The position numbers and the translations under genes are program-made. The notes under the pieces were generated by a model. That model saw only the letters and a program-made list of their open reading frames with translations. It had not been told where the DNA came from and did no database searches. From the NCBI GenBank assembly GCA_973851085.1, contig OZ316775.1:8246001-8310000 (forward strand): DNA of 64,000 nt. Reading direction: 5' to 3'. The stretch is from Ptychomitrium polyphyllum. Lineage: Eukaryota. Within the stretch, counting starts at the first letter, position 1. Each line of letters starts with the position of its first letter. Of the stretch, positions 12,187-26,672 are shown in pieces.

Positions 12187-15100
12187 CTAAGTTGATTTGT
12201 ACTTTCTCGATGGTGGCTTCCGGAACACTCCGATAAAGTCATCCACACCCTACACAGAATGATAGAATCAGTTCATGGCATTTTAGAAGTCCAAGTTTTG
12301 CTTACAAAGACCTCAAGTTACGTAACTAAGAGGACCACAACAGATTCAAATACTTAAGGACATAATTGCTTTTGTTAACATCTTCCAGCACTGACTCAAA
12401 TGACGAGTCCCCAAAGAGGGCTCTTGCAAGTCCTATGGTATAAAAAACTTACCTTGGTCGAGATAAAAAGAATGATGAAGAGAATTATCAAATATGATCC
12501 CACAGCAAGCGCTACAATGAAGTCAAATGTTACACTGGCCACCTGTCACCATCATACTTATAAGTTCAACAACTTCGTACCAGATACATACTCACAAAAC
12601 AACCTTAGCATTAGCAAGTACTGTAATGACATAATAATCTTGCTAATTAGCCTCTAGGATGAACAAGATGTACGTACCTGATACACATTAAGCTGAGCCT
12701 TCGTCGAATCATAAAATACAAAGGTTGAATCTAATGTCTCGTACTGCAGACTTGCATCTTTTGTGTGCTGTGCTAATTCCTGTTAAGGAAAGTTTCGCAG
12801 GATTTAGCGGATAATATTATGTTCGTGAAGTTAAACATAACCAACTCTACAGCAACTGCGTATGGATGTAACTCATAGCAATTGTGACGCATTACAAAGT
12901 GCTTCAAGTAAGTGCAAGCTAATACTCCAATACATCTAATTTAATATTAGAAGACAAAAAAATGTCAACTAGCTGTTTGTCCCTCTAGTAGTAGCCATTA
13001 GCGAAGACAATGTTTCCACAATAGGTACTGAAGGAAATCAACTAACGGAAAAAGAAAATTTCCAAACTATTCACAATGCAAACATTTACAATAACATACC
13101 TTCTGCAAAGCTGTAATAATAGGGGCATTCTTTCCTAGAAAAGGAGCCACTCGAGGTGTGCGTCCCAGCAAGTCAAGCCAAGAGCGCACATAAGCGGGGC
13201 TGAGAGCAAGATTGCTTCCTTCTGCGAACACCTCAACCTGCTTCCCTTCTTGACCATAAATATGCCTCTATTTTCCAAACACGATCACATTAAGCCATTT
13301 GCCGATCCAAAAAAGCCATCAAACCACTACCACTTGAAAACCGCAGAACTTGAGTCGCTGTAACAGGGCAGTTTCTAAGTGTACGAGCAAATCTAAATCT
13401 AGCGTCACAGGGAAGCACTTGGCAATGTTTGGATTCGTTCATATAACTCACGTACATCTACTATGTCACCACTAGCCCTTGCACCACGGTACTACCAAAA
13501 TAACAGTTCATAGAAAATCATACCTCCTCGTTCATGTACAAAAAGAAATAGAAAAAAGAAATACCACAATCGCAATGAACCAATTGCACAAGCAAGCTCT
13601 CAGGAAATTAGATCTCAGCAAATATAGATAATCAATCTCAGCAACATCTTGCAATCAACTACTAATATGGAATCAGAAAGTTAAAAGAATCTTACAGCTA
13701 AACTCTCGGCGACGACCTTAGTATTTCTCATCACAACAGTCTCGTTTACAGCTCTCCTGCACATTATACAAATAAGGAAACTGCAACTGGCACCTTTACA
13801 ATACAAAAGAATGGGCATACGCCCAGTAATGAATTGCAGTCGAGTATGGACAAATAAAAATGCATACCGACTGTCCGCAATGCCTCCAGTTTGCTGGAGT
13901 AGCTCAGGAGGTTCTTCCAGCTGTGACAAAGTTACAGCGGTTATACGTTGTCGAGAGAATTGCTCATGCTCCCATGCTACCTGCATTGATCCACGTACAC
14001 AAACTAAGACAAAGTTCTCATGTTATTGTAAGTGCAACAGTAAGTAACAAAGCCGAATTTACAGAAGGAACGACCTCACAAAAATGGTCATACTACAATC
14101 CACGCAAATTCAAGCTCAAAATAGAAAAATCCCATTTGTAATACAAAGATCCGGGAATTATATGCACAGTGACCATTGGTTGCTTAATTTTTAACTTCAA
14201 AATCTTGATTTTTTTGTACAGCAGCAATCCTTAACGCGAAGACACAAGGTAAACATACTCGAGAATTGGAGATGTTGATCTTCTTATGCCGAAGTTCTAC
14301 AGTCAAGTGTAAGCCTTGAGCCACGTTTTCAATCTCCTGCAAAACAGCTCACACATCAAACTTGATTCTAAAATCACAACACCTGAATGTCAACATTTTA
14401 GAGTAGTAGACACGCACCATTTTAAGTAAACGAGCAGCCTTGAATAACAAAGAATATCCAAGAACTCTTCATCCTCGCTTACCACGTTTTCTCTATATAA
14501 CACACTGACTTCGAAGATTAACAGAGATGGAGTGAGAGTACTCACTATATGTGCCACCACTAAATGAAGGATAATGATAGGGTACATACAGAAAATATTT
14601 GCCTGATAAATGCATTTTCAGGAGGCTTTGAAACATGCATCCACATCCGATCACTTGAAGAACCAAGAGAATTCAAGCATAGTGCATATTCCATGCTTTC
14701 TCTCAGTCGCTGATCAAAATTTCGAAGCCACTGCAGAATACTCTCAAAAGGAGCTATAAGATACTCATACCAAAGAATACAAGTATACAACATTCAGAAT
14801 CTCAAGTCACTTAACCACTGGATTGTTTATGCACTGACATTGTACACATCAAGGCCAACATGCGATACAATCGTTATTCAAACAAATGCTCAAAACAAAT
14901 TAACTATACTCTTTTCTTAGATTGTGTCGGTAAGCACCTTCATAGCTCAAAGTAAAGGATACAATGTCCAGATAAATACAGCAGAAGACTCACATTGTAT
15001 GTACCATTGTAGTTATACGGGCCCCCAGATGTCAAGCCAAAGAGCAGGTTATAAGGTCCTCGGGTATTGGTGTTGGCATATAAGCGTGAAAACAACCGAG

Positions 15101-17005
15101 CCAACTCCAGTAACATAGCAACTCCACTTCCATTACTGTCACTCCCTACTGCAAGTGCCTGAAACCACCAGTAAAAAATAACACATACCGCTTGCTCAAA
15201 GCACTTGCCAGTCTAAACCTCAACTCATACATCCGCAAAATGTAATATACTATCTAACATATTATCTCTCAAAGTTAAAACATGATCAACAAATACAATT
15301 TGTAATATTGTGGTCTTAAAAACAAATAATCGAAGCCGCTGCTGAACTACACCTAGTTCAATCAAAACTTCAAATGCAAGTATCATTTTCTAAAGAATTT
15401 TCTACCATCCATATTAAGCTCCCAACTTACAGGAACCGCCCCAAAGGTGTCGTATGATGCCACAATGGCTATGGTCGGCAGCATAGAAGTGTCACCCTCA
15501 GCTCGGAGTCCTGGTAACCATCCCTGGATGTCGAGAGCAATGAACAAGCCAAGTATTGAAGACAACAGCATCGTGCGATTCAGATCCAGTCTACACTACT
15601 GAGTAAAACGATGAGGACATCACATATCCCCCACAAAATAAAAAGTCTATGCAATAGGGAGCATCCGCACAAGGAAATGTATGTAACAATACATAATTCC
15701 TAAATCAGCAGTGTCAAATCAGCACAAAGTCTTACTTGAATGTTGGTAATTGTTGGCGATGGTAGTTTCTTGGCATCAGACGCTGATGTGACTAGTTTAT
15801 AACTGCAAGACGTTCCGCCAAAACTAATTAAATCATTTTATAAAAGCCAAAAATTTGATGCCTTTAGAGACTTCATGGTCTGCCAAACCAAAATTCAAAC
15901 CAAGAAAAACTTGCCCAATACCCCAATTGAGTCTAAATTCAGCATAACTAACAATGGTAAATCACTACACTGAATCAACTAGAAGTGAAATGAAAACTGG
16001 AGGTAATAACAATTTCTCTAGAGCTTCAAGATCTCAGTTGAAGATACGCATACCCTCCAGTAGTAGCTGTAGCAGGCCTGCCCGCTGCATCATTAGCAGC
16101 AACTTCCTGAAGTATGTTTCGCATATTGTCGTTCTCGTATGCAAAATAAACTGGATACTGCCGAAACAAAAATCCCACCAACCCAAAATTAAGGAAAGCC
16201 ACTCTACAAAGCATCAAATGTCCATCTAACTCGCAAATGACTTGACGAGAGTCAAAGATGAACCAGATAAGAATCCAATCTCAGATTGAAAAAAATTAAC
16301 TACACCTCTGCTATCTTGAGCTAGCTCGGCCATTCAACGTAGATAAAAATGGTTAGACATTGACATTAGATCATAGGAAATCCTAACTGAACTAGCAAAC
16401 GAAATCGACTGCAATCTATTATACACATTCATGCCGATTGGATCCTCCAACCACATACCTGAAAGGTATTATGGACAAGCCACTGCTCCAGCTCAGCAAG
16501 GGCTTTCGTCACACTCTCATCCGAATCGTCGCCATCTCCACCACTCTCATTCGATCTTTGAGGCAGCAGCAACAGAAGACCCCCGAGCAGGCCCTTATTC
16601 TGCACAAACTCTACACAACCGGGTAAAAACCCCGGGGAAGGGTTTATCAGACTAAACCCCCAAAACCCTAACTTCTAAACTCAACAATGCCATCCCGAAT
16701 TCCCACTCCACAGGTGCAGAATTGGGCAAGAACGTACCATTGAGGGAAGTGATGTCAACCTTGAGAACGGGCAAGATGACGACCGCCCGCGAGAGATCAG
16801 CCCCAGGCACCGCGAGCCCTGAGGTAGCGTGGTGGTTAAGAGCCGCGCGCCGCGACCCCATGGGAGAACCCCGCAGGTCATACTGGATCATCCGATAGAC
16901 GTCAAGGACAGCCGCGGCTTCCGCCACCACCACAGTCATGAGCACCGTCACGAGCGCCACAAGCACCCGCCCCATCACTTGCTGCTGCCTCCGAGCTCCC
17001 CTCAT
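12187..17005 (-). CDS. NCLN: Nicalin (M28 peptidase-like ER membrane protein), multi-exon
   Basis: Signal peptide followed by DVYRMIQYDLRGSPMGSRRAALNHHA. Exons encode IPVYFA-like YPVYFAYE, PTIAIVASYDTFGAVP, GSDSNGSGVAMLLELARLFS, LTSGGPYNYNGT and VAWEHEQFSR. A C-terminal TM is followed by GVDDFIGVFRKPPSRKYKST*. The start ATG at 17005 is the likeliest one. Confidence 0.92.
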
Positions 17006-18254
17006 CTCCACCCCCACCTCCGCCCCTTCCTCGTCCTCCCTCCCTCTGCAACCCAACTCTAGAAGCACCCCCAACAGACAAAACCCCACCATCAAAACCC
17101 CACCTTTCAAATCCCAGCAGCATCCACCTCCATCCCTCCAATCCCTGGACTGGATCAAAGGCAGTTGTGCATCGCTTCTGACTTGAGAAAATCCGGATGC
17201 CCATCTCTCTGTTCACAGCAGTTCCGTGAGATGATCGGCAGTCCATCTTCAGATGCAAAAGAATCTCACCTTGCGCAGGGCAGTGGTGCGTCGCCACATG
17301 AGCTGGGATGCGGGGCCGGTCTCAGCACCTGCAGCGCACCAGTTCAAGTGCAACGGCGATGGCGGCGCCCGCCCTGCCGCCCTTGCTTCCGCCCCGGCGT
17401 CTCCATCGTCGCCCCACAGGCCCTTGCGACGGACGATAAAATGATTCGATGAATGTTCCTCTTTCTCATCCACAGGGTTTGTTTCCCACGATCAGTCAGG
17501 TTCACCACCATCGTGCCCAGTATTCTACTCTCCGGCACTACACTGTACTCATTTTCACACCCGTGTAAGAATGTTTTAAATACTTTTTGACACGTGATAA
17601 TGTTATTTACTGTGATCTTTTAATATCAATACCGACTGTTATAGAATATAGTTTCTCTAAAAACCATACTTTCTTCACAAACAAAAGCTCTAACTCTTAC
17701 TGGTGCAAAATTTATGCCGAGCTTCACCTCGGAAGTTTGTAACTAGCATTGAGATTGGAATGTTCTTTGGTGCTTTGTCTACATGTCGTATCTCAAAGAA
17801 TTTTACGATCACTTGAAGCTATGATTCTAATGCTAAAATAGTATTCTCGTTAAGTTTGAGGAAGTCTGTGCACCAGGTTATAGAACAAGAGTTATGCCTT
17901 TGTGCAATGGCGACCACATGCTTGTACTAGTAGTTAACAGACCGCATCCAAATAACGAAATGCCTGAGGGGGGAGACTGAATGCCGCAAAAAGATGGTGA
18001 CGCAGAAGCACACCCATGCAGAAAAATGGAAGCCATGGAAAAGGGGATGGCGTTGGCAGACAGGAAACTGGTGGATGGGAAAGAGCGAGCAATTATCAAC
18101 AAATGCCATCGCTGCTCGAGACGTTGCCATCGCCCGGCGTGTGCAAGAGCTCGAGGCTTTGACGCTCTCGTGCTTGTGTCGCTTGCAGGCTGTGCGCCGT
18201 TTCTCGCTCTCAAGCTCTCACCTTTCCCTTTACGGCGCGCATATTCCGATAGTC

Positions 18255-18692
18255 ATGGCCGCCGCAGCTTTGACCACCAGCGTTGTGCCTGTGGCCTGCT
18301 TGGTCGCGGCTTGCGGGGTTGGCAACGTGCGGCCCGCATCCGTGTCCATGGCGAAAGCCTTCGGCTTGAAGGCTCGCAACATGGGGCGCGTGACGTGCAT
18401 GGCGTCTTACAAGGTGACATTGAAGACTCCCGAGGGCGACTTCACCATCGACTGTCCGGACGACACCTACATTCTGGACCACGCCGAGGAGGAGGGGATC
18501 GAGATGCCGTATTCGTGCCGTGCCGGAGCGTGCTCGTCGTGCGCAGGTTTGGTTAAGGCGGGGAGCGTGGACCAGAGCGACGGCAGCTTTTTGGACCCCT
18601 CGCAGTTGAGCGCAGGGTATGTGTTGACGTGCGTGGCGTATCCGACGAGCGACGTGACGATTGTGACTCACCAGGAGGAGGAACTGTCGTAG
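18255..18692 (+). CDS. PETF: Chloroplast [2Fe-2S] ferredoxin (leaf type) with transit peptide, intronless
   Basis: Transit peptide [11 protein letters not shown]... ends in RVTCM, then [12 protein letters not shown]. Cluster motif [14 protein letters not shown]...[10 protein letters not shown], ending THQEEELS*. Confidence 0.97.
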   Translation: MAAAALTTSVVPVACLVAACGVGNVRPASVSMAKAFGLKARNMGRVTCMASYKVTLKTPEGDFTIDCPDDTYILDHAEEEGIEMPYSCRAGACSSCAGLVKAGSVDQSDGSFLDPSQLSAGYVLTCVAYPTSDVTIVTHQEEELS

Positions 18693-18693
18693 A

Positions 18694-18708
18694 GTGTGTG
18701 TGTGTGTG
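18694..18708. repeat. (GT)n microsatellite immediately after the ferredoxin stop
   Basis: gtgtgtgtgtgtgtg is visible right after the TAG. Confidence 0.85.
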
Positions 18709-20420
18709 GGGAGGAGGAATGATTCGTTGGTTGAGGTGTGGTAGGAGGGCTTGGTTGCATTTTTGTTGATTCTCGTGTTTAGAGATGGTGATTGTATGGT
18801 TTATCACGGCATATTGTCCTGTAAAGTATGGAGTGCAATGAAACAAAGCTTGAATTTGAGACTAATTTTTGTATGTTAGCGTTGCTGGATGCTTGGTTTT
18901 GGAGCCTTTCGTACATATTTGCGTGGCATGTTTATGTTGAATTGGGTTACTAATGCTGCATTCTAGCTTCCTGACTTGGTTTGTAGAATAGCTTTTGTGT
19001 TGATTGATAGGGATGCAATTTTTGGTGAGATTGTGGGGAGTTGGAATTTGAGTTGTATCTCTTTTCAAGACATTGTTTCAAGTCTTAGTCGTGCCGAATG
19101 CATTAGTTTTTAGATGAGATGCCGTTCATCTCCTTTGCGTAACTACTCAAGTTGGGCACCTCGCAGAGCAACAAGGTTGTTGTTCTCACAAGCCAATTAG
19201 GGCCTGTCGCGGATAACTTTGTACATTCTTCTCTTCAATCATGCGCAGATGTTCAGAATGCATAGATGCTTGGTGAAAACACTGGTGCGAATCACGGGCT
19301 AATTATTAACACAGTTTTTGCTAACCTAGATGGCTTCCTGATAGGCATGCCTTGGGACATATATAAATAAACACAAGATTGAGTGATGATGAACTCATTA
19401 GGAGTCACGAGGTCTGAACGCAATCCAAGCAAGGAAACGGAGAATCAACTGTTGAAGTCATTCGGGGTGTACACTACTGAATTTATGGATACTGCGATAT
19501 GGCTTACTTCAGGACTGGCAAAGTTGTGAGGGCTACTCCAAGCTGCGCTTACGAGATTTGATCTTTGGAAATCGTCATTCGTGGTGGAGCTTTTAGGTTT
19601 AGGTCCTCGTAACTTCGTTCAATCGTTGTTAATGTAGCTTTGTTTTCTGTGAAATCCCTTCCGTTTTGGCAGGATGGCTACTTTGCACGAAAGTTTTTTA
19701 GTTAAGATGCCAAGCTGAGCTTGTATGTCGGTCATAAAAATCTTTGATGATGGTGAAGGAAGAGCTGGAAGGTATATGAACTCGGTCACCCTAGTCAGTT
19801 TCTTTTCCATCGGTAGATTCAAGGGAGGTCAATTTAAGAGCAATAAGGTGTTGAAACTATACACCCATTTGCACATACTCGACTAGAAACTAACGGACGA
19901 CGTTGAGTACTTACCAGTGAGGATGTTCTATCATATTGAATGCTGGTGTGGTAACACATAACCACAGGCGTGTTAGAAGGAAGCGCAGATATAGTCGCTT
20001 AGAAGTTGGCTGGAGCGAAGAGATTGCAGTTTGAACGTGCTTCTCTTCTTATGGTTCGGACTGAAGTGCTCCGTGTTTGTGTTCAGGAGGCTTAGCCGTC
20101 AAAATGCTAATGTGGAATGCAATTTTGGATGCGGTGATGCGGACTATCTAGCGAAAAATATAGACTCCAAATTTGGTGTCTCTCCTCTCAGATTTTGACC
20201 AAATGCTACATAACCAATAATAAATGATACTTTCGGAGATTTTTTACAGAAGATGAGGACTAATCGTGTGATTATTCTACAAACACTCTCCAGCTTCCGA
20301 TTTTTACACTCAAGCAACCAAAGAAATCGAACGAAGAAAATTAGGACGAATCTGCGTCTGGCGCTCAACACCAGAACTATGATGATAGACCACCTACAGT
20401 AGAAGAATTAAACCGAAAAG

Positions 20421-23400
20421 CTAAACAACTATATCTAGGCTTGGCGTAATCTCTTTTGGATTTTCGGATTTCTCAGCAGCTGCAACAGCAGTTGGGTTGA
20501 ATCGACTGGAACCTTCCTTCATTAAACCTCGAAAATTAAAGCTCCTGTTCTTTTTTAAGCTCTTACTTTTGTCTCGTAAGTCTTTTTGACGACTGGCTTT
20601 CCCACCCATATCTGCCGCATATGTCTGCAAGTTTTTGATGACATTTTCAAGTCGCCGCCGATGTGTAGGCAGTCGTGAAACGGCGTTGGAAATACCCTGA
20701 AGCCTGTAGCGCAAAGAACGTATAGTTAAAATTCTTCTACTGAATCTAGACCATAAGCAAACACCCGTTTTATATTACCGTTTTACATTTCATGCTAGCT
20801 AATACCAGGTTTAAAGAATATTGCATGGACAATGGATTCCAAAGCTCACGTTCTTGTTGAATCATTCAAAGTTAAAAAAATCGAGTCCCAAAAATGCTAC
20901 TTCATACTACGTTGCTGAAGTAGCATCATAAATGACGAACCTGCTAACTGCTCAACATAACTACACTAAGTAATTTGCAAGAAGATTTATGACTGCAAGA
21001 ACATGCTTACCGACGGGCAAGTGCTTGCAATTCTCCTCTCCTCACTCCATCCTCAGGTTCTACACCACCATTTTCCCAACTTTCCATTCGCTGAGGATCA
21101 CCGAGCATCAGACAAAGCTTTTCCAGGTAAAGCTCCTCACTTTCCTGCAAATGAGCGGCCCGTATCTGATCTTTAATGGTCAGAAGTGGCTCGAAGAACC
21201 AATCTGACAGACGATCGCGGGGTTTATTGCTCATGGTGACTTCCGTTCCATCAACTGTTCCAGCGAGCGCTGCGTTAATAATAATCTCTTAAAAAAAACG
21301 AATAACGACACCAAAAAACTCTGACAAGGACTGTTGAAAGACACCAATACACCCAAGGTGAACAACCAATTACGTGAAAATGTAAAGGGCACCTTACAGT
21401 TCCGAATAGAAGACTGAAACATTATGAAAGAGCAGATCCAACATGCAGAGAAGAAAATGATGACAAGGGTATGTTTGCAATGACAGCTCGAGTATATGAT
21501 GCAAAAGTCCAATACCTTTTGGCAGATGATTTCTCAGATATAACGTTTACAAGAATCCCATGTACAGAAGCGAGGTAAACAAGCAAATTTGTTTTGTGAT
21601 AATGAACTTACATAAAAGAATGCCAGTCGTGTTGGATTTGGCTGAGCGCACGAGTGCCAGAAGATTGCAATACGCTGGTAACCCAGCTACCATGATTTTA
21701 CCTGTAGTCTTGTTCCCCTTAAATGCACCATCGACATCGGCTTGTTTCAATACTCCAGCACTTAATAGATTTTTCCCCTCTGTCTCCATGCTTTGAAATA
21801 TGGAATCCAAAACCTGCATGAAGTACTTTTTTACTTTTGTGTATCCCAAGAGACTAATGGAAGTACATAAACTCCATCAAGTCCTGATAGTATATCTACC
21901 CTCACCTCCTCCCTCTTCAAGAACTACCATGAGCACACATAAATCGGATATTACTAGATATACAACAATTATACATGAGTTAAACTTGAAGGCTTTATAC
22001 AAGTCCCTCAGCCCCTTTTCAAGAAAAAGAAGCATCTTTCCAGACATATATCAAATAAGCTTTTTACAAGTACAGCTCGTGAAAGCATAAAGAAAGGCCA
22101 AAAATCCACGTCTGTATTACACGGCTTGGTTAAACTTAAGCATGTCATCCTAAGTACACAAAAGTTACCTCACCTGCACGAGCTTCACTTCTTGTAAAGT
22201 GTGTCGGAAAGACTTTTGAGTAGTAAGTTGTGGTATGTCGGGCACATGTTTACGCTCATGTGAGTTTTCGACATCCGATCTTCCAGAAGGTTTATCACCT
22301 TCAGAAGCCATTCGGTACTTGGGCCTGGCTATCCACAAAATATGAAAACTAAAATATAAACACGCCTATTGAGAGACTGTTTAAATTTTCTTTTATGGTT
22401 CTTTTCTTGGGTAACGACAAATTCTACCGCAGATTTTATTACGACTACCTCGTCCTGAATTAGAAGGACGTTATACTCAAACCAGGTAGCTACATTATCC
22501 GAGCGTCTAATGGACTAATTTGTAACCACAAATCTACCATATTTATAGTCTATTTGGTCCTTTTGGTTTCTGAGATAAGCAACTTCTCTAAAAGAAAGAC
22601 CCAAAAGCTGATTGACCCAGACAAAGAATGTTCTTAGGTTAAGCAATCTTAGGATAAAAAATTCTTCATTCCAATTGCAAGCATATCATACCTTGGCAAA
22701 CATGATCCTTCATGTGTATGGAGGATATCGTTGGAGTATTCATCAAACTCCGCCACTATAGCGACTATATATTTCAGCCCGCATTTATAGGACATCTCCT
22801 GCAAATAGGATACATACTCTCAAAACACAGCGTACGTAAACTCTGAATATTCGGAAAAAGTACCAAACATATATGGTTGGAACTATTGAGTGAGAAAATA
22901 TTCCAGCTGGGTGGTCCTTTTCAACAAGCTTCAGTAATGTCGCATACAATTGGGATCTCATGCAAATCTAAAAAAGAGAATCGAGGCAATGAAAACACAG
23001 ACCTGGTATACCACAACAGCACTATACAGCCCAAGGATGGGACTGCAGATGAAAGCAGTCAGTGCAGATGCTACTACAACGAATGGCCAGAATACTAAAG
23101 CAAGCCCTGCAAAAGGCACACATGCCGCCTCCATGCAGGGACCGTGTCTGGTCACTAGGTCGTGCAATAATCGACGCCACCCTTTGATAAGCATGATTGG
23201 CATTTTGCAGAAAGCAACAATGCCTATCGCTACAGTATCGATAATCGCCCCCAATAGTCCAACAAGTGCACATAAAGGAAGCTCGAGCAACCTACACGAA
23301 AAAGCCACTTGCTTAACAGGCGCTCCTAATTCAAATATCCAACGTCAGGAGCTTGACAAAACAAGGATACATAAGATGAAATCGGATCATTTCATCCTGA

Positions 23401-25319
23401 AATTCAATACACATGACAGAGGTAAGGGAGACGATTATACGAGATTTCGGTAGGCTTGCCATCCTTTGGTTCCCCAAGACGGAACTCGTCGAGAGAATCT
23501 AAGACAGAATGATAGACAAAATCAAAGAAGTCCCGCACCCAGGTACAAGTTCCACTCACAGTGCTCCAAGTGCCATCCTGAGATGCCCCAAAAACATCAG
23601 CGATCCATTGAAATGTGAAGAATTGCACATCACTGGATACCTTGCAGACAAGTAGTTGTGACCCGAGTACCATCCACTACAGCAGTCCACTATCACTATC
23701 ACTATCAGCAACTGAAATATCATCAAGGCTATCCACCCAAACCTTCTCTCCAAAGACACAGCACAGTACTGGTGAAAATCATACACTGAGATGCAAGTAG
23801 AACGAATATCTATAAAAAGAACCCAGGCATTCTAACTCATCAATATTTAAAACTTCCTTACCACAAAGGCGTGGTATAACTTCTTTTCTCTACCGTCACC
23901 CACGGCTTCAAAAGTTGCTACCAAAGGCTGACCGCCTCCATAACCAAAGCCCACAAGTATGCTGCCAACTGCTGCTACAAGAGGCCAGAGCAAAAGCGGA
24001 ATTGGCAGCACCAAAATCACAAGCGTCTTCAATACAACCCCAAGCTGCTTGGTCCTGTCAGGAAGACCACATTATGACAACAGCAGACATGGTTAACTAC
24101 AGGTTCTTGGTCCTTAAAGAGGTATACTGAGCAGATTTGGTAAACAACAGACAAGGGTTGCATGATGGCAATAAACAGAAGCTGCCATGATACTTAATCC
24201 CTAAAGAATCTTACTCATACATTGCAATGGTGCGAAACATGACAACCACGTGGACAGGCCAAAGTCCAATCACCACTGCCATGACTCCGCAAAAGAGAAT
24301 GACAAGTGCCAATGGTCCAATGATGGCGCCTGCACAATAAGAGAATCTTCATCGTCAACATGGTTCACGGAAATTACCAACAAAACATGAATAAAGGCAA
24401 TGAAATGAATCTAAATCTAGTCAGAAAACATCACGATATAATACACATTATGAGTATCCTCGGATTACCAGCACGCAAGTCAAATTTCTGTTTCACAACA
24501 AAATGCTCAAAAGTGATAGCCAGAGGGATGGGCATTTTCAAAGGTATTAAATAACTAGCTTGGTCACTATCTTTAGAGCTAAACTAGTGACTACTCGACC
24601 GTACATTGCTCGGTCCGAGAGAAACCTTCGCAGTATGATGTTTGCGAGTCGTATAGTAAGAAAATTTTAACATCCGAAGATCTCTGGGGCGTTAAATTCT
24701 CAAATCCTCATGGGAGTCTAGACTGATTACTGACCTAAAACTGGAGAAAGCGATTCGGTAAATACAACTGATTAGCGTGACGATTGATAAGAAAACCAGT
24801 TTGTGCTTTAGATCAGAACATAATAAAGTATTTGTGGTCAACTCGCTTGCACTATCATCCTAATGAATTTAGCTCGACTTAAAAATTGCACGAACACTGC
24901 GCATCTCCCGCTACTGTTGTTGATGTGATTTGAGAATCATCAAATTATCAATAACCGTAAAATAAGTTTGTAAAGTATAAATGCAATCTTCGTAAACACG
25001 AAATCCGCATTCAGCTGATCGGTAGAGGACTAGAGTCAACGTAGGCCCTCAAACAGCTCAACGACCATAGGCGAACAGATCCAATAGAGGGTGAGATCAA
25101 GGTTTATATTAGAGAGTAATCAGGACTCAGAATGCGATCCATTCTAATCAAATTAAAACATTTAATCTTGCAGCTTGCAATTGAAAAATTACCTTTCACG
25201 ACTCCGAGAGTGAACAGTATCAAACATAAAAGAACAAACCATAATAGCTTTCCAATTGTGCCTAAAGGCCCTGACGATACAGCCCCCATAAACCCCTTAT
25301 TGCCAGCTCCGTCGGCCAT
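20421..25319 (-). CDS. Uncharacterized plant multi-pass membrane protein (At3g27390-like family), multi-exon
   Basis: Exons encode LGVVKG|AIIGP, LWPLVAAVGSILVGFGYG..PLVATFEAV, GTWSTVSGTCTWVRDFFDFVYHS, KGWRRLLHDL..GPCMEAACVPFAGLA, GLPAYCNLLALVRSAKSN, DWFFEPLLTIKDQIRA and ELQALARRLQGI..VSRLPTHRRR, all with GT-AG boundaries. Confidence 0.88.
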
Positions 25320-26602
25320 GGCTTCACTTCTGCCTCCACTTCCTCAGTCTCAGAATCCTCGGCTACGTTACACGCATTCCTGCCATTCCTGGAGCAACTG
25401 AGCGCAATAAGAATCACCTACATTTCTCTTAACAAGTCGCATGATTCTGCGTCCCCAAGGATCCTTCTGTACAAGCTAAAGGGCGCATCATGGCCTCATG
25501 TCTTGAATTATCTAAATAGAGTTCTCATCCATCCGCATCCCACTCCTATCCATTCTTCCCAAACGTGATACCGAGACTGAGCCCTCAAACAAAGAACCTA
25601 GATCTTTTACTGGCCTGTTTCACCAGAAACCCAGTTCTGCTGGGATAATCTGCGCATTATCACACGGGGGCCGTCAAGCCATTTCCTTCCAAAGTAAATG
25701 AAACTTTGTCGAAAGCTACACAGCGCCACTTCCATACCATAGCTCTCACTCACCACATTTGATGAATATATATAACCCAATCTCCAAAGCCCTAACTTAG
25801 GAAAACTACAAAATTCAATTCCTCCAGAATTTCGCTCTCTCCCTCTCTCTCTCTCTCCGGTTCAAGCCCACAGCGTAGCTCGAATCGCATGTGCATCGCC
25901 TAGCTTGCAAATCATAGAATCATCGAGAACCTAGCCCCTAATTTCTTACTTAAGCTCAAGCTTCGCATTTTCAAATGCAGTTCAATATTGTTTCAAATTT
26001 TAAATCCAAATCTGATAGCATCTGCAATACATACACTCAAGTTGCAACTAACCAAATCCTAACCCATCTCTCCTAAAATTAACACCTTTCATAAACTACT
26101 TCCACTTTTTCTGAAGGCATCACCCTAACTCACAAAACGCTCCCAATAACCACACCTCGATCGCACTCCAAAACACACCCTAACTTCTCTTGTTAACCAC
26201 TACCCGAAATTCACGCTTCTTTCGAACACGATTGCAAGAACCCCAACTGATAGAATAACTCTAATCTTTCACAAATCCCCTCAAAATGCCGACATAGCTC
26301 CGATTGACTTAGCTCATACAAATCCAAGCTTACAGCTCTCTCTCTCTCGATCACACTTTCCTCGGAGAAAAGCTAACAACTGATTGCCGATCTTAAGATC
26401 AACTCAGACATTTTCCTAAACGAAACGTGCATCCAACTCTCACCGACGAATCTACCACCACAAGCACCTACGTAACGTGGAAGTAAAATGGCGAACGAAT
26501 TTCATAGGCAACTTCGAAACCACTCCTAACTTGCAACCCACCTGCCGTCTCAACGGATCTGCGCTCCTTTCTACTCAGTCACGTTCGTCATCTTCAAAGC
26601 AG

Positions 26603-26604
<2 letters not shown>

Positions 26605-26668
<64 letters not shown>
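26605..26668. repeat. (CT)n/(GA)n microsatellite, ~32 units, in the 5'/promoter region of the membrane-protein gene
   Basis: Uninterrupted ctctct run. Shorter CT runs lie near 25835 and 26335. Confidence 0.97.

Positions 26669-26672
<4 letters not shown>

Noticed and set aside
12187..12250. Suspected frameshift in the last nicalin exon
   Set aside because: Re-reading gives an intact FRKPPSRKYKST* terminus.
17994..18254. 87-aa in-frame N-terminal extension of the ferredoxin ORF
   Set aside because: A typical transit peptide starts at the ATG at 18255 in good context (gtcATGGCC). The extension looks like open promoter/UTR sequence.
17981..18846. Overlapping and antisense ORFs across ferredoxin (191, 153 and 97 aa)
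   Set aside because: These are shadows of GC-rich coding sequence with no motifs.
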